A stretch of 64,000 bases of DNA from Lama glama (lineage: Eukaryota), in NCBI GenBank assembly GCA_028534125.1, contig CM052816.1, positions 42,906,001 to 42,970,000 of the forward strand. The letters are read 5' to 3'. Each line of letters starts with the position of its first letter. Positions within the stretch are counted from its first letter, which is position 1. The translations under genes were made by a program, and so were the position numbers. Shown here one piece after another: positions 50,121-63,470 of this stretch. Under the pieces are notes generated by a model. It searched no databases and was not told the DNA's origin. It saw nothing but the letters and a program-made list of their open reading frames with translations.

Positions 50121-50280
50121 TGAGGGGGTATAGCTCAGTGGTAGAGCACATGCTTCTTGTGCATGAGGTCCTGGGTTCAATCCCCAGTACCTCCTCTAAA
50201 AATAAATAAACCTAATCACTGCCCCCCCAATAAAATAAATAATACAATAATAAATAAATCATTAAAAAAAAAGAAAGAAA
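50121..50280 (+). mobile_element. Camelid tRNA-derived SINE (Vic-1 type)
   Basis: gggggtatagctcagtggtagagcacatgc...gaggtcctgggttcaatccccagtacctcctctaaaaataaataaacctaat plus an A-rich tail. Confidence 0.9.
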
Positions 50281-50283
50281 AGG

Positions 50284-50781
50284 TTTGGTGGCCAGAATTA
50301 TTGGTACTTGGACTTGGACTGACCCAGTGTAGTATGCTGAATCCCTGGGCTCTTGGATATGTTAACATATGAAGCAAAAGTGATTTTACAGATGTGATTA
50401 AGTTAAGAATTGAGATGGGGAGGTTAACTTGGGTTATTTTGGTAGGCCCAATTTAGTCACAAGGTTCCCTATAAGAGGGAGGTAAAAGGATCAGAGTCAG
50501 AGAAAAGATGATGTGATGATGGTGGTCAAGGTCAGAAAGAGAGACTGGAAGAGACTATGCTTGAAGGTGTAGGATGTGGCCATGGACCAATGAGTTCAGG
50601 CAGACTCTAGAAGCTGGAAAAAGCAAGGAAATGAATTCTCCCCTGCAGCCTCCAAAAGGCATGCAGTCTTGTGATCTGACCTTATTCCTTCTAACCTCCA
50701 GCACTATAAGAGAATAATTTGCATTGTTGGGGCCACTAAGTTTGTGGTAATTTGTTGCAGCAACAGCAAGAAACTAATGTA
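50284..50781 (+). mobile_element. MaLR solo LTR (MLT1D-like)
   Basis: gattttacagatgtgattaagttaag...ctagaagctggaaaaagcaaggaaatgaattctcccctgcagcctcca...ccactaagtttgtggtaatttgttgcagcaacagcaagaaactaat. Confidence 0.88.
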
Positions 50782-51504
50782 CCCAGTCTGTGCCCAACCT
50801 ATTAGGGGCACTGGGCACAGTGATTGATACCTTAAATACAGTACATGAAGGATGGAGGAGAGGTGATTGTTTTCAGAGGGACACTGGAAGACAAAAGCAA
50901 CATATATGCCATATTAGTCAAGCAAAATATGATGCTAGGCAATCTGAAAGTCAGGGAGAGAACTCTAGAAGTACAGTTGGAAGAAGGGAACTGGGACCCT
51001 TCCAAACAGAATTAAGAAGAACTTGTTTTCTCCAGTATTTACCCATCTTTTGCAAATGTCTTCCCCTGAGAGGGAAGATCTTATGAAACGGTGCATTATT
51101 ATGGTAGATGTCTTAGGATGAACCAGTGATACTTATCCTTGCAAGGAAGAATCAGTCACACTTGGCCTTGTAAGGCTTATCTCTATGAACTAACGTATTT
51201 AGATAAATAGCTATTCCTAAAGTATTCATTTCTAACGCAAAATGTTTTCTATATGGCTTGTGAAGTGAATCCATGATACGTATATTTAGTCAAAGTAGTT
51301 TGAAGAAGCTAGCTAGTTTAAAGCTAGGGCCCTAGATGAATAATTAATTTATATTTTTGAATAAAGCCAAAAACGGAGTATCTCTCCCACTTCTCTATTT
51401 TTCCATAATCATTTTTTAATTCAGTTTTTTCAAACTACACTTGTTTGTGAAAGATAGCAATGATTTTTGCCACATTAAAGCACTGCCTTTTCTCTCACCT
51501 ATTG

Positions 51505-53385
51505 ATTATTGAGGTAGAGTTGATTTACAATATTATGTTAGTTTCAGGTGTGCAACATAGTGATCCAAAATTTTATAGATTATACTCCATTTAAAGTCAT
51601 TATAAAATACTAGCTCTATTCCCTGTTTGTACAATATATCCTTGCAATTTATTTATTTTATACATAGTAGTTTGTGCCTCTTAATCCTATACCTCTATCT
51701 TGCTCCTTCCCCTTCCCTTTCCTCACTGATAACCACTAGTCTGTTATCTATGAGTCTGTTTCTTTTTTGGTGTATTCACTAGTTTGTTTTATTTTTTAGA
51801 TTCCATGTATCAGTGATAATATACAGTGTTTTCTTTCTCTGTTTGGCTTGTATCACAAGGCATAATACCTTCCAGGTCCATCTATGTTGTTTCAAATGGC
51901 AAAATTTTCTTCTTTTTTTAGCTGAGTAGTATTCCATTGTATATGTATACCACATCTTTTTTCATCCATTCGTTTGTTGATGGATAGTTAGGTTGTTTCC
52001 ATATCTTGACTGTTGTAAATAATGCTATTATGAACATTGAGGTGCGTGTATCTTTTCAAATTAATGTTTCCATTTTCTTTGGATATATACCCAGGAGTGG
52101 AATTGCTGGATCATATGGTAGTTCTATTTTTAGTTTTTGAGGAACTCCATACTGTTTTCTACAGTGTCTATACCAGTTTACATTCCCACTAACAGTGTAG
52201 GAGGTTTCCCTTTTCTCCACATCCTCACCAACATTTGTTATTTGTGGTCTTTTTGATGTTAGCCATTCTGATGGGTGTGAAGTGATTCCTCATTGTTGTT
52301 TTAATTTGCATTTCCCTGATGATTATCGATGTTGAGCATTTTTTCATGTGCCTGTTAGCCATCTGTATGTCTTCTTTGGATATATGTCTATTCAAGTCTT
52401 CTGCCCAGTTTTTAATCAGGTTGTTGGTATTTTTGGTATTGAGTTATATCATCTGTTTATATATTTTGGATATTAGCTTAACCCTTTATTGATCATATCA
52501 TTTTCAAATATTTTATCTCATTCAGTAGGTTGTCTTTTCATTTTGTTGATGGTTTCCTTTGATGTGTAAGACCTTTTAATTAGATCCCATTTGTTTATTT
52601 TTGCTTTTATTTCCTTTGCCTTAGGTCCAAAAAAAAATTGCTATGATTTATGTCAAAGAAGAGTGTTTTGCCTATGTTTTCCTCTGGGAGTTTTATAGTT
52701 TCTGGCTTACATTTAGGTCTTTAATCCATTTTGAATTATTTTATATATGGTGTGAAAAAATATTCTGATTTCTTTGTTTACATGTAGCTGTCCAGTTTTC
52801 CCGGCACACTTATTAAAGAGACTGTCTTTTCTTTATTGTACATTCTTGCCTCCTTTGTCATAGATTAATCAACCAACCGTAAGTGTGTGGGTTTATTTCT
52901 GGGTTCTCTATTCTCTTCCATTGACCTATGTGTCTGTTTTTGTGCCAGTACCATATTGTTTTGATTACTGTAGCTTTGTATTATAGCCTGAATTGGAGGT
53001 CCATGACACCTCCAGTTTTATCCTTTTTTTCTTGAGATTGTTTTGGCTTTTTGGGGTCTTTTGTGTTTCCATACACATTTTAAAATGATTTTTTCTAGTT
53101 CTATGAAAAATGCCATTGATATTTGATAGAGATTGTGTGACTCTGTAGATTGCTCTGGGTAGTATAATCATTTTAACAATGTTGATTCTTCCAATTCAAG
53201 AACATGGTATATCTTTCCATCTGTTTTTGTTAGCTTCAGTTTCTTTCAGTAATTTCTTATAATTTTTCAAGTACATGTCTTTTACCTCTTCAGGTAAGTT
53301 TATTCCTGGATATTTTATTCTTTGTTTTATAGAATTGTAAATGGGGTTGTTTCTTTAATTTCTCTTTCTGATAATTCATTGTTAT
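51505..53385 (-). mobile_element. LINE-1, ~1.9 kb 3' part (ORF2 C-terminus plus 3'UTR), degenerate
   Basis: Continuous reverse L1 sequence (cccaggagtggaattgctggatcatatggtagttctatttttag; tgtgccagtaccatattgttttgattactgtagctttgta). The ORF-track peptide IILPRAIYR (52965-53171) is an ORF2 remnant. Confidence 0.95.
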
Positions 53386-53569
53386 TATTATTTTTCTTTA
53401 AGTCAACTCATTTTTTACCTTTCCTCAAAGAAAAGGTAATTATAAAAATCAGTACATAATTATTAAAATAAAAAGTCTGTCACCTAAAATCATGTCATTT
53501 ACCACCGGTTTTTCAGATTTAAAACTTTTGAGTACTCTCTTAGTTCACAGACAAAACAACTTTAGTTAA

Positions 53570-56500
53570 CTTTTACTCTAACTGTGCGAGGAATCTAAAA
53601 GCTAGACATCAGCCTTTGGCTTCCAATAAAGGCAGAATAGGTAATTTGGACTAGCTTTAAGAATGTAAAAATGGTTGGACAAAATATGAAAATAATCTTA
53701 CGGTAAAGAGCTACCAAGACTGCAAAAAATTATGGGACTCAGATTCAGAATACATAAATCCAGAGAGATGAGCTCAGAATTTTGGGCTGATTTTCCCACA
53801 AGGATATTTTCCAAATCCAGTAATGTTGATTGAGAACCTGAAAAGCTGAACAGGTATTTCAAGAAGACTCATGTGGTTGGGGGAAAAAGTGGGAGGAAGG
53901 GGGTCCCTGATAATCTTCTAGGGATTGGGCTGGCAACCCATAAATCCATCCATTACCCAAGTAAGGGTGTATAAAAATTAGTGCTTTTAGGTGCTGAAGC
54001 CAAGCTTCAAATATTTCAATCCCTTATTTTATTAAGCAAATCCAGAATTGTAGTGTTCATAGTCCTTACCAGAGGTAAAGGTGAATTCTCTTTGGAGACA
54101 GATAACATCATCATAGGCCTCAAGTTACATCTATTATTTTTAATTTACATTATCTGGTACTCGATCAAAAAGGCATATGAGTTAACTAGACAGTATTAGT
54201 AAAAAGTACAAACAGAAACAGATCCATAGAGGGTCTAGATAATAGAATTCAAAACTACATGTATCATTTGATTAAAGAAATAAAGGACAAGATCTAGAAC
54301 GTTTACAAAGAACTGGAAATGAAATGAAAATAAATGTGAAATACAATAGCTGAAATTAATGATTCAAAGTTTGGACTTAACAGAAGATCACAGACCACTG
54401 AAGGGAGAATTAAAAAACAGAGCAGTAGTTCAGAAGAAAATATCTAGAATAAAGCACAAAAGAACAAAAGATTGGAAATACTGAAAAAATGAAAGACACA
54501 AAGAAGATATTAAAAAAGTAATATATATTTTGTTAAGGTTACAGTAGCAGGAGAAAAAGGGCAGAAGAAATATTGGAAGAGATAATGGCTAAAGATTTTT
54601 CCAAAGCTGATAAAAGACATCAAGCCATAGATTTGAGAAGCATCTCCTTAAGCAAGGTAGATATAAAGAAAATCACACCTAGAGACATCATGGTAAAATC
54701 ACTGAAAAGAAATGAGAAAGACAAAAATATTTTTTAAAGTAGTCAGAATACAAAGGTAAAAATTAGAAGAACAGTGGACTCCAGAAGACAGTGAATATTG
54801 TTTTCCAAATTACTGAAAGAAAATAACTTCAAACCTGGAGGAAATGAAGATTAGATAAAGACTCTTTCAGACAAATAAAAACTGATAGGAATCAACTCCA
54901 GAAGATCTGCACTAAAGGAAAAAGGAAATAGTAGAGTTACTCAGGTAGAAAAAGATCCCAAATAAAAGCTTAGAGATGCAGGAAGAAATGAGCACTGAAA
55001 GGGATAAATCTAAATAAATACTGACCATATGAAATACTAATACTATTTAAACATAAAAATAAAATACATATACTTTTAAATTATGTAAGACAATTTAAGT
55101 TGAGAGAAGGCATGAATGGAGTTAAATGGTTGTAAGTTCTTTCCATTATCTGGGAGGAGATAAAATATTTTTTATATTAGACTTTGCTAAGTCAAAGATA
55201 ATTATTATGACCTCTGGCAACCACCAAAAGGATGTTAAAGTACTGCTGAAACTATGAAAATATTGAAACTGGGGTTTCGAGTTTAAATAATCAATCTGAA
55301 ATAAGAATGCAAGCACAAAAAAGGAACATAAGATAATTGTACAACCAACCCAACAGCAGTGAATACTTTTAGCTATTAGATTGTGATATCTAAGTACCAA
55401 TTTCCACTGAAGGAACAGGGAATCTTTGAAAAGTATCTGCTTCAAGGAAACATTCAAAACTAGCTTTGTCATAACAAACAAGAATGCCATCAAAGACTAC
55501 TGAGATTGTGTCAGAGGAACTCCAGAGCCAACATGAATTGATCCTCACTGGTTTAAAGTTTGAAAATTTTATAATGAATAAGAATAATAGAATCAAATAT
55601 ATTAAAATACATCAGTTTAAAACAATATTTTTAAAAAGCCTCCAGTAAACGTAGAAATTGCCTTTCAGGATACAAGAGCACCAACTCATTCTAAATAATG
55701 ATAAATATAGGGAAAGAATCAATCATTTATTGTATTTTCCCCACAAGGACCACACCTCAGAGTAACCAAGTGGTTGATAAAGAGAAGTTCCTCCCTATAA
55801 AAGTATATTAACTAATCAAAAAGGAATGAGAATTAGGAAATCATCATTTTACAACCTTTAATGAATTAATGGACCCGTGAACCAACTATCAATGGTCCTA
55901 ACAGCACATGAAGAAAGGCAACCAGATATCATATTCCTTCTAATGGAAGCATAAAGCAACTCTGATGACGTAGTCTTGCCTAAATAAATAAATAAATAAT
56001 CAAAGCTGAATAAGATTAGGCTTCTAGATATTATTATCAACTTACAGGAAATAAAGAGACAGAAACATGTTAAAAAGACACCTTGAGAATATGAGGTAGA
56101 CTGTGGGAAACTCCGTTAAGACAAACACCCTGGTTTCTTCAGCAATAAAGTTTCAAGGAAAACATAATTATAGTAGGGAGCTATAAATTATTACAGACTT
56201 AAAAGTCATGTTAGCTGATTGTAATTTTGTTCTTTAGATCCAAATTCCAACAAAAGAAACTTAAAAAATGATATTTATAGTCCAATTGTGGAAATATGAA
56301 CATGGGATGGATATTTGATGATATTAAGGAATTATTGCTAATTTTTTAGGTCTTATGATGGAACTGTGGTTAGATTTCAAAAGGAAAGTCTGTATTTTGG
56401 AGATATACAGTAAATTATTTACAAACAAAATGGTCTGATGGTTAGGGTTTACCTTAAATAATCTGGTGGGAGAGGGGAAGAGAGAAGAAGTTTAGAAGAA

Positions 56501-56570
56501 ACAAAAAATTACATGGTAATTTTTGGAGCTCTGTGATGTGTACGTGGGGGACTATGGCACAATCTATTAT
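53570..56570 (+). mobile_element. Old L1 (L1MC/ME-like) with ORF1 remnant and 3'UTR
   Basis: ORF1-like A-rich stretch (aaatattggaagagataatggctaaagattttccaaagctgataaaagacatcaagccatagatt) and L1MC-type 3' motifs (gatatttgatgatattaaggaattattg). Confidence 0.7.
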
Positions 56571-56572
56571 AG

Positions 56573-57070
56573 TGTAAGTAAAAGAGATCTGACTCCATAT
56601 CTTGATGTTTGACTACTGATCCCTTTTAAGCCTCACCCCTCCCTCTTCCTGTTGTACCATACATCGGGACAAGCTGTAGGAAAATCTGGTGTTCCCTCCT
56701 TTGGCACTCATAATAGACGATTCAAATTACACAGATCCCTTTGCAGGCATGCGAGTACTCACCCCACCCACTAACCATTATAAGAACCCAGGCCAGCCTC
56801 CTTTCTTTCCTCTCTCAAGTCATTTCAAACCTGCCTGAGGGGTCTGTCCTCTTCTCCTCAGAGAACTCAGGTTGAGTGGGTAGCCAGCCTGGGGAATTCC
56901 ACTTGCCTTTGGCATCTGACTCTTTTTGGGAGCGATGCCCTTGCACCTGTGGGGTCTGTGCTGACTGGGTGTGGTCAGTCTCAGATTAGTGTCGTAGTGC
57001 CCATGACACCAGACAGGTGTCAGGATAACTCCTCATTCACTTCTCCCATAGAGACATCATGATACACATC
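56573..57070 (+). mobile_element. ERV solo LTR (MER54/MER73/MER74-like; family uncertain)
   Basis: Starts tgtaag...atctgactccatatcttgatgtttgactactga...aagcctcacccctccctcttcc; TATA-like tataag at ~56780. Confidence 0.55.
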
Positions 57071-57664
57071 TTCTTTTCTAAATATACCTCACCGAGTGAC
57101 TAAGAAGTTTCTTTTATGCAAGAAAAATATGAATGTTTGGGTAGATCAGAAGTCATAAAAACAATGAAATGATTCCAGAAAGCAAGCCATATCTGGGAGC
57201 TTAGAGGAAGCAGGGAGACAGCAACACTGCACTGACTCAACTCCAGCCTGGATCACTCTTCCAGATCCTTGCTTTCTTTCTGACATGTCACAAGTGATTT
57301 TTTTAGGCACTGAAAATTCCAATATTAAAAGTCACTTTAAGCAGAAAGCAGAGGAGTATAAATTAATCCATCCATGCAACATGTATTTATAGAGTGTCAA
57401 ATAAGCCAGACACAGTTGGAGACATTGAGCATCCAACTGTGGCCAAGAGTAGACATAGCCTCTGGCATATGGGGCTTACAGTTTAAAAAGGGGTTTGTTG
57501 TTGGGCGCGGGGGGATAGGTCCAAAAAAGTAAGCTCATTAAGTAATTAAAACCTAAAATTGTGATAAGTGCTGTAAAGAAAATAAAAAAGGAATGGAAAG
57601 AGAGTACCTAGAAATCATGACCTTAGTGCTGATGAGCTGGCCATGTGAAGAGCGGAGGAAAAAG

Positions 57665-57847
57665 CAGGGCCAGCTATGGTGGGTGTAAAATCTGTGCAGG
57701 TGCTCAGTGCCCTGTGCTTAGAAGGGTTTTGAGCTTAATAGAGAGTTCTGCTGTCTCCATCTTTAAATTCTTACCAAGTTTTGAACCACAACACCTGCCT
57801 GCATTTGAATTTTGCCCTGGGCCCTGCAAAGTATGTAGCTGGTTCTG
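57665..57847. mobile_element. MER91A-like hAT-Tip100 MITE nested in an L2 relic
   Basis: cagggccagct...ccctgtgcttagaaggg...ttttgccctgggccctgcaaagtatgtagctggttctg. Confidence 0.75.
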
Positions 57848-59039
57848 GGGAAAAGCATTCTAATTAGAAGGAACGGCATGTGCTCAGACTTGAGGCAGGT
57901 AAGAGCGGGTTGTGTGAGAAGAACTGAGAGGACAGGAGGCTGCGGGGAAGAAGTAAGGAGCAGAGTAGCAGCAGGTGAGGTCAGAGAGAGGCAGAAGCTC
58001 TGGCAGCTGTGGGGGTGGACTCTGTGCCATTGCCATAAGTGCGAGTGTTTCCAGTGGCCCAAGGACACTCCCTTGACAGGTTCTCCTAAGGAGGTCTTTC
58101 CAGACAACCTATCACTAAACTGGGGATAAAGCCTTGGGATCCAGGCCAACAAGAGACAGCCAGTGACTTGAGGCTTCCCTGTTAGTGTTCTCAGCTCCAG
58201 GCAGAGGAAGCTAGATCTGAAGGCTGAGCCCACTGGGGTGGGTGCTGAGATCTAGCCTTCAGAGGCCCATCCTCAGGGGTCCGGAAGGCGTAAGCACCAA
58301 GTAGAGGGATCTTCAAAATGCCTAGGAATTATTTTTCTCCGTGTTCTTGCTTTAAATTAATGTTTCAAGTACTGGATTCTTTCTTTGTAAGAAATCTGGC
58401 ATTTTAGTAGAGTCTGTTTTGATTAGAAGAAATTCTTTTTTTTTTTTAAATAAAGCTAGTTGGCTGTTACTGTTACTTTTCAAACAGCGAATAGCGCCAT
58501 CAAGTGATGAATATCTGAAATTATTTATAAATGTCAGGTGTTTTTCACCATATCTAGGGCAGGGTACTCTAGATCTTTTTACTGTGTGAGAAGCAGCTGC
58601 TGTATTTTTTTTATTTATTTCAAACTGTGAGATCGCCAGATACCTAGGCTTATCTAAGAATTGGTGGGGAAGGGAAGTTGCTACCAACTGCTTTTTCTCT
58701 CTCTTGGGAATCCAGGAGACCCTTGGAGAGAAGGCATAGGGCAGTAAGATGGTTGTGTTGGATTCACCCTGCAAGGTATTTATCTAACATGTCTAAATCT
58801 GAAGTCCCTCATCAATGGGACCCCAATGCAATGGTCCCGCTGAGGTCCCTAGCCTTAGATAAGGGGGACAGGATAGTAGCTGAGCTGGTGCAAGATGGCC
58901 TTGTTAGGTTGGTGGACTTAGAAACCCTCAGCACCTGCCATATCTCTATGGGAATGGGGAATTGCTTAGTAGGTTTCCTCTACTCACCTGAAAAATGAAG
59001 TTTATTATTAAGATTAATGAAAATGGCACCCGCTATTGT

Positions 59040-59250
59040 TAAAAAACTACTAGATATCACACACTTTATACTCATTCTCGTATTTAATTCTCACAGCAAG
59101 TCAAATAAGTAGTTATATCCTTTTCTATCGTTGCTGAAAAGTGAAGCTTGGAGAGGTTAGGTAAGGTGCCTCGGGACTGAGGTCTTATGCCAGTGAGTGG
59201 CAGCCTAGAATTTGTACTCCAGTCTTCTGATGTTAAAGTCTATCCTCTCA
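59040..59250 (-). mobile_element. MIR SINE
   Basis: tttaattctcacagcaag...gaagcttggagaggttaggtaaggtgcc...gagtggcagcctagaatttg. Confidence 0.6.
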
Positions 59251-59899
59251 ATGATTAGCCCATTCCTTGCCAAGAAAACCTCTTTTCCCAGTCGCCGCAG
59301 AGCCACAGTGTTTTGTCTTCTTCAGATTGGCTGGTTCCTAACTGGCCCAGTGCTTAAAGGAAGCAGATGGAACATATACTGAGATCCTGCTGAGCTCAAA
59401 AGAGATAATCGTGTCCTCCCCCTTCCGTCCTTTTTACATGACATTTTGTTAGACAGTTTGAAATGTTATTAAAATCAGGGCACTTAAAAGGCAAAGATTA
59501 GCAAGTTCAATGGATGTGTGCATTTAAACCGTAGATTAGTTGTATGATGTTTTTAAAATAGTGTCCAGTTCTGTGCTATGGGTTTTGTTTTAAATACCAG
59601 ATGGCTGCAAATACCCTGCCAGATTCTCTCAGGGTATACAGCATTTCTTGGCAGTAAACTGGACATTTTGGGAGTTGTATTAACTCTTCCTGACCACTGG
59701 AGTGGTAGCAGATGCTTTCAATACGTTGACTGTCAAAAGACTTCTCCAGTGTTAAAGACAGACTCATTCAGAAAATTCAAAACTACCTATTTCATGAGAA
59801 AAATAAGTCGTTACTAAAGTCAAGGATTACATCCCAGGAAATTAAAATGGTGCACTGGACACAAGAAATAATGTCTCTATAGTGGGTTTAATGGTTATC

Positions 59900-60322
59900 A
59901 CTGAGGTCAGTGAAAATAATGATCCAGCCACACTGGCCTCCTTTCTAACCCCTGAGCTTGGGGAACCCTGCCCAGCCTGTAGACTTGTGCATGTGTGTGT
60001 GTTCCTTCTGCCTTGAAGGTTGTCCCCACACACCTCCATAGCGTGTTTGTCTTTGGCTCCTTCGCAAGGGCTCCTGCTCTTGCTGTGTCCTCAGAGAGGA
60101 CTTCTGTCAGTGTTCTGGTCACTTTCCACCTCTTTATTCAGTTTGTTTCTCACAACATGACATTTTACTGTTGCTGATGTGTTTATTTCCTGCCTCCTTC
60201 TCTGGAATGTAACGTCTAGAAGAGCAGGATCTAATGTTTGGTTTAGTGCTCTGTCCTCAGCATCTAAATCATAATGAAGGGCACATTCAGGGAGCCAATA
60301 AATATTTGTTAAAAGAATGAAT
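59900..60322 (+). mobile_element. LINE-2 3' fragment
   Basis: ccagccacactggcctcctttct...caataaatatttgttaaaagaatgaatg. Confidence 0.75.
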
Positions 60323-60325
60323 GGT

Positions 60326-60430
60326 TAAGAATTTTAAAAAGAATGTATGTATGTGTATGTAGGACTGAAACATTATGCTGTACACCAGAAATGACACAAC
60401 GTTGTAAACTGACTACATTTCAATTAAAAC
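60326..60430 (+). mobile_element. Short L1 3' tip
   Basis: aagaatgtatgtatgtgtatgtaggactgaaacattatgctgtacaccagaaatgacacaacgttgtaaactgactac. Confidence 0.75.
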
Positions 60431-62349
60431 ATTTCAATGTTTGACTGAGTGCCTTGATTGTTGACAATACTTTAAAAATGTCATGACACTTTAGAAAAAA
60501 ACCTCAATTTTATTTTTACATTTGACCTTCGTCTTAATAATTATGAACACTTTATTTCTAAAACAGAAGTTGACTCAGATGTTATCATACATTAGAGATA
60601 GCAAGTGAATGTGTGGGACTATAGACTTTTTTCTCTTTTTGAGGGACAAAAAAATGAAAATACAGTGTTACATGGTGATTCAGGGTGGGTTAACCTTGAA
60701 GCAATAAAGACAGGAATTGGCCTTCATGTTTACCTGAGAGAGAAAAGTATGGACAGAAGAACAGAAACAAATCTATTACTATGTTGAGAATTCATACTGA
60801 AGGACTCTTGACTGAATTAATGATAACAGAGATGAAAAGAAAAATAGCCTGAAAAACACTGGGGAATGGAGAATAATATTGTGGTTTTTATCTGAACTAG
60901 ATGAGAAAATTCTTCATTGTCCAGTTTTTTCAGAAGATAGATGCTGGGTTGCATTTTATGAAGCAAGGCTAGGTTATTAGAAATAGAAAAATAAATCCAG
61001 CATCCTGGTATAATCAGGATAAAAGAAACCAAAATGATGGCACAGGTCTTTCAAAAGATTTTGAGAGATACTAAATTCTATCAGACTTGGATTGAAAGAC
61101 TGAAACTTTGTATTAATCTGGATAAAGTAAAAGCACACTTAATTAAACAAAAACTGACCAAGTGAAGAAGTAAGGAGGGCAATAGATTTAGGAGAAGAAA
61201 AAAATTGTGTGGTCTTGATTATACTAAGTACTGGATGTCTGTATTTTGATTCTTTACTCACAGATGGAATGATACCAACAGCATGTAAAAATATGATAGA
61301 TGGAGAAACTAAGTTTTTAATTATCCCAAATTCATCTCATTTGTTCTTGCACTACTTGTGAAAAACAAAGCTCACATTTTCAATTGATAAGCCTACCCAA
61401 GAATTTGGCATCTACTTTTATCTTGGTATGGATAAGAACACATTTTATTTTATTTGAAATATGTTCCCTGCTTGATCATTATTTATTTTGTCTTGATCTT
61501 CAAAGTGCTTCATTGAAAACCAATCCTTTCCCCATGTTTTGTTTTAAATCCCACCACAAAGCTGGGCGGAATTCTTGTGTAAGGTTTTCTGAAGCATCTT
61601 GTTGCCCAACTGTGAGAAAAGCCATAGGCTACTATGATATTCCCTAAGTTTCTTCATGTCAGATTGCCCCAGTGACAAACAGGATTTCAGAGCTGGAGAG
61701 GCATTGGGAGTTGTAGTAGTATCTGCTGTTTTGGCCTCATGGAACTCGTCCTCCTTTCTTTGGGTAACAGAACACACACATTTTTCTTGAGGAGCCAGTC
61801 CTGGATGTGACCCCAGCCTGGCCACAGACACATACTGTCCTCCTGGCTGCCATATCTGGATGGGGTGGGCACGTGGCACACACTGATGTAGTGAAAACTG
61901 ATCGTGGGGCTTTTCAGGGACCAACAGGCTTTTCTTCTCTCTGGACTTGGAGCTATGCTCATGATAGCCTGGAGAAATGAAGCCCCCATGAGAACCATGC
62001 CGCTGGAAATGAAGCAACACAGAGGATGGCACAGCCATGAGATGGGGAAAGGCTGCTTCCTGACAACTTTACTTGAGCAGGTGAATTCAGGCTGTTGCTT
62101 GAGTTCATATTGAATGGAGAGTCATCTGTCCCAGAGCTGCAATGTTGGTTCATGGACCCATGACTGTCAATAACAGCATTTTTACTCATTCATGGTGAAG
62201 TGAGAAAAATCAGGTTCAAGGCAAGGAGTGTTTCAGAGAGCTACCTTTTCAATCTGAAGGACTGATCCTGTTTCTAAGATTGCATGCTTCCTGCAGTTTT
62301 GATATTAAAATGTCCTTTCTTTGTGATAGTAGATGATTTTTTAAAAATA

Positions 62350-62770
62350 TTCTTCCTTAGTATATATGTTAGGGTAAGTGATGACAGCTGCTGTAATTCC
62401 CAAATAACAATGGATTCACCCAACACATTTCATGTTTTCCTCAAGTACAATCTGAACATAGGAAGAATTACTCATGTTCATTCAGGGACCCAAGATCCTT
62501 CCTTTTTGTGGCTCTGCACTCATCTAGATCCCCAAAGTCTTCTCCATCTAGCTGGCAAATGTAGAAAGAGAAAAAATGATTTCAGGAGAGAGGCTTTGAT
62601 TAGCCACGCCTGGAACTGGAGCACATCACTTCTATTCCCACTTCATTGGCCAGAACTCACTACAGGGCCAAACTTAACAGCATGTAAAGTGTGGAAATAC
62701 AGGTTAGCTCTGTGCTCAGGAGGAAGAAGAAGCAGGATTAGTGACAAACTAGCCAGTCCCTGCCACATTT
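62350..62770 (-). mobile_element. Old MaLR LTR
   Basis: ttcattcagggacccaag...cacatcacttctattcccacttcattggccagaactca...ctctgtgctcaggaggaagaag. Confidence 0.6.
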
Positions 62771-63037
62771 TACAAAATTAAGTTTTAAGCCCTCTGTCAT
62801 GTCTCCTTTTGTCTTTGAAACTTTAATACTGTATAAAATACAGAGAACTTAGTAGCCCCTGATCTAGTTCAATTTCTAAGTGTTATAAATGAGAAAACAA
62901 AATACAGAAGGTTGAATGACTTGCCAAGATAGCAGAGCTAAACAGTAGCACACCTGTGCTTAAATGAAGCAAAGACAGGATGGACAGTTTCCATTGGGCC
63001 AGTGCTACCCAAACTTCAGTCACTCAAGTCACTCCTT

Positions 63038-63470
63038 TGTTATTGGATGAATTGTGCCTCCTCGTCCAAGAGATGTATTGAAGTTCTCCGGTACCACAGA
63101 ATGTGACCTTATGTGGAAATAGGGTCTTTACGAGGGTGATCCAGTTAAAACAAGGCTGTTAAGGTGGACCGTGATCCAATATGACTGGTGTCCTTATAAA
63201 AAAGAAATATTTGCACACAGAGACAGACATGGATAGAGGGAAGATGATGTGAAGACATAAGGAGAGGCCATTTACAAGACCAGAAATGTCTGAGGCTCTC
63301 AGAAGCTGGGAGAGAAGCATGGAACAGATCTCCTTCACAACCCTCAGAAGGAACCAGCCTTGCTAACAACTTCATTTTGAAAATCTAGCTTCCAGAACTG
63401 AGACAATTTCTGTTGTCAAGCCACTCAATTTGTGGTACTTTGTTGTGGCAGCCCTAGATACTTAATATCA
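63038..63470 (+). mobile_element. MaLR solo LTR (MLT1B/C-like)
   Basis: tgttattggatgaattgtgcc...aatgtgaccttatgtggaaatagggtcttt...ccactcaatttgtggtactttgttgtggcagccctag. Confidence 0.88.

Noticed and set aside
52965..53171. L1 ORF2-like peptide as an active element
   Set aside because: It is a frameshifted, 5'-truncated L1 remnant.
61544..62781. 164-aa and 165-aa ORFs
   Set aside because: They overlap LTR-like relics, show no protein similarity I recognise and have no exon structure.
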